Source of the DNA: Candidatus Latescibacterota bacterium
GTDB lineage: Bacteria; Latescibacterota; UBA2968
Length of the DNA stretch: 64,000 nucleotides
Direction of reading: 5' to 3'
Assembly (NCBI GenBank): GCA_965198115.1
Contig: OZ240241.1
Span: 32,001-96,000, forward strand
Shown here: positions 62,300 through 64,000 of the stretch, one piece after another
Position numbering within the stretch: position 1 is the first letter of the stretch
How the letters are laid out: each line of letters opens with the position of its first letter
The notes under the pieces: model-generated
Seen by the model: the letters and a program-made list of their open reading frames with translations, nothing else
What the model was told of the DNA's origin: nothing
Databases searched by the model: none
Translations under genes and position numbers: made by a program

Positions 62300-62347
62300 G
62301 GCTCGGTTGGCGCGGAGCAGTTGTCCTTCACCGAACTGGGTATAATG

Positions 62348-62378
62348 AAGGCCGGTCAGTAATCTGACCGGCCTTTCT
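62348..62378. terminator. Intrinsic terminator between convergent genes
   Basis: AAGGCCGGTCAG-TAAT-CTGACCGGCCTT followed by TCT. Confidence 0.8.
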
Positions 62379-62402
62379 CGTGTTTGGCAAGGTTCGGAAT
62401 GG

Positions 62403-62588
62403 CTATTTCTGAGGGTGCAGAAGATCGTAATAGCCGTTTTGTTCAAGGCGGTGGATCATGTCTCGTATGATCGACCCATCAACCCTGAAGATCTCCGAGA
62501 TCTGTTCCGGCGTGTTGCCTTGACGCACGAGTTCGATCAAGCGATCCCTGTCGACAACCTTCTCTGGCACTGACATTTCTCTGTCCAT
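62403..62588 (-). CDS. Small helix-turn-helix protein
   Basis: LVRQGNTPEQISEIFRVDGSIIRDMIHRL. Confidence 0.65.
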   Translation of the reverse strand: MDREMSVPEKVVDRDRLIELVRQGNTPEQISEIFRVDGSIIRDMIHRLEQNGYYDLLHPQK

Positions 62589-62662
62589 CCTGTTCGTTTA
62601 TCATTCGCTGCGAGTCCCAACTCCGCACAAGAAAGCCTCTTGGCGATTCTGCGTCAACCGTA

Positions 62663-62711
62663 CTCAAGCCAAAGGGCCACCGGCAATGCGCCGGTGGCCC
62701 TTTGGCTTGAG
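62663..62711. terminator. Long perfect hairpin downstream of the secreted-protein gene
   Basis: CTCAAGCCAAAGGGCCACCGGC-N5-GCCGGTGGCCCTTTGGCTTGAG (22-bp stem). Confidence 0.7.
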
Positions 62712-62741
62712 GTTTCGCTTTCGGGTTGCCCCTGCGTGCGA

Positions 62742-63849
62742 TCAGTGAGCGGGGGGAGGACCCGGCGGCGTGTTGGTCGAAAGTGCGTGCTGTAGCCTCT
62801 CGATCTCCATTCTCGAATCTTCGATCCCCTTGTCGGCAAGCGCCATAGCATCCATGGTGCCTGGCTCGGGAGCGGGTGCAGCACCAGGGCCGTGTTCGGG
62901 AGCATCGAAGAAATGGAGGACTTCCGCGACCGTGCCGGAATGCTCGGGAGCCGTACCGAGGAAGGCCTTCGTCTGCTCGAGCGTCACGATCGCATTCTCG
63001 TGGGCTCGGATGCCGGCTTCGGCACCCTGTCGCCAGTCACCCGTGCCGAATGCGCCCTCGATTTGCTTCATCATCTCGAGAGTACCGCTGAACGCAGGCT
63101 GAAGCGCTTCGGGGAGTCTGCCGATCATCTCTTCCGCCATTGCCCACCACTCGGGACCCGGGGCGTTATCGGGTCCACCCTCGTGATGACCGGGTTCCCC
63201 ACCCATCATGCCGGGATCGTGCCCCGGAGGTGGCATGTGACCTGGGTCGCCGCCAGGAGGCGGCATATGACCTGGGTCGCCGCCAGGAGGCGGCATGTGT
63301 GCCGGATCGTGGCCGCCCGGAGGTGGCATATGACCTGGGTCGCCACCTGGAGGCGGCATGTGCGCTGGATCGTGGCCGCCTGGCATTTGGCCAGACCTGA
63401 CCATCTCGAGTTCTGCCTTCGCCTCGTCCAGCATCATCTGGCAGAGTCCGATTGGATCCGACGGAGCCGGCATCGGGGCCTCACCAGGCATGGGCTGGTT
63501 GAAGAAGCTCAGAACGCCGTGCACCTTCTGTGCATCGTCGGGCGTAGCCCCGTTGAGGAAAGCGAGGGTCTGTTCAAGCGTTCCAACGATCGACTCGTGC
63601 AGCTGAATGGCCATTGGTTGCATCGATGCGGGATCTGCGCCCGTGCCGTGCGTTTCCCTCAACTGTCGCCAGATAGGTGGGCTGCAAGGCAGCTGGCAAT
63701 GTCTGCGCCTGCTGCACGGCCTCCTCGATCGTCCACGGGGGCATGTGATCCCCCGGTGGCGGGCCCTCGTGATGAGCGGCCTGGCTAACGGCTACCGGCA
63801 GCGCGACCAGGGCCACGAGCAGTAGACCGATAAACGGCGAGCGGTTCAT
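62742..63849 (-). CDS. Secreted protein with two helical repeats and a central His/Met/Pro/Gly repeat, frameshifted near 63660
   Basis: Signal peptide MNRSPFIGLLLVALVALPVAVSQA with RBS GGAGG. Duplicated LP.ALQP...TLEQT.AFL...VL.FF module. GG(H)DP(A/G)HMPPP repeats. Confidence 0.75.
63211..63386 (-). repeat. Coding tandem repeat of 30/33-bp units
   Basis: Five to six units encoding GGHDPAHMPPP / GGDPGHMPPP with synonymous variation. Confidence 0.9.
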
Positions 63850-64000
63850 GGATTGATCTCCTCCGTTTGGAGTTGAGTGATGCCATCCCGGCGGAACATC
63901 ACGACGTGGGGTCGTGATATCACCGCTCCTGTTCCAGATGGCGGATTTCTTCTTCCACCTCCTGGATCATTCTCCTCACCATCTGTTCGACATCCATATT

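Noticed and set aside
63211-63386. 30/33-bp repeats as a CRISPR array
   Set aside because: No spacers, in-frame coding repeat with synonymous variation, and no cas genes.
62892-63788. 298-aa + strand ORF
   Set aside because: Antisense shadow of the repeat-rich secreted protein.

Overview
The window has three zones. (1) About 1-37400 is a cluster of intact, co-located biosynthetic genes, visibly more AT-rich than the flanking chromosome and broken up by more than a dozen IS insertions (ISL3, two IS256 lineages, IS200, rve-type elements), nearly all of them between genes or inside other ISs. With the ISs removed it reads as a RiPP (ribosomal peptide) pathway. It contains a 47-aa Cys/Arg/Asp-rich precursor missing from the ORF track (19802-19945), a radical SAM/SPASM maturase, S41 and S8 peptidases, an ACP, a UPF0489 arginase-like protein, a BtrH-like protein, two JmjC oxygenases, a carbamoyltransferase, two glycosyltransferases and ABC export genes. 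The precursor ORF is enclosed by a 21-bp long-range RNA stem. (2) About 37400-52700 is a patchwork of gene fragments, IS debris and defence-type genes ending at the 3' end of tRNA-Val(GAC), the likely island integration site. (3) 52713-64000 looks like GC-rich host chromosome. It carries a candidate ncRNA, six tandem PhyH-family dioxygenase paralogs lacking the HxD carboxylate, a sugar epimerase, an ABC ATPase and a secreted His/Met/Pro-repeat protein. Family assignments come from motif recognition by eye, not database searches. Several frameshifts may be sequencing errors.
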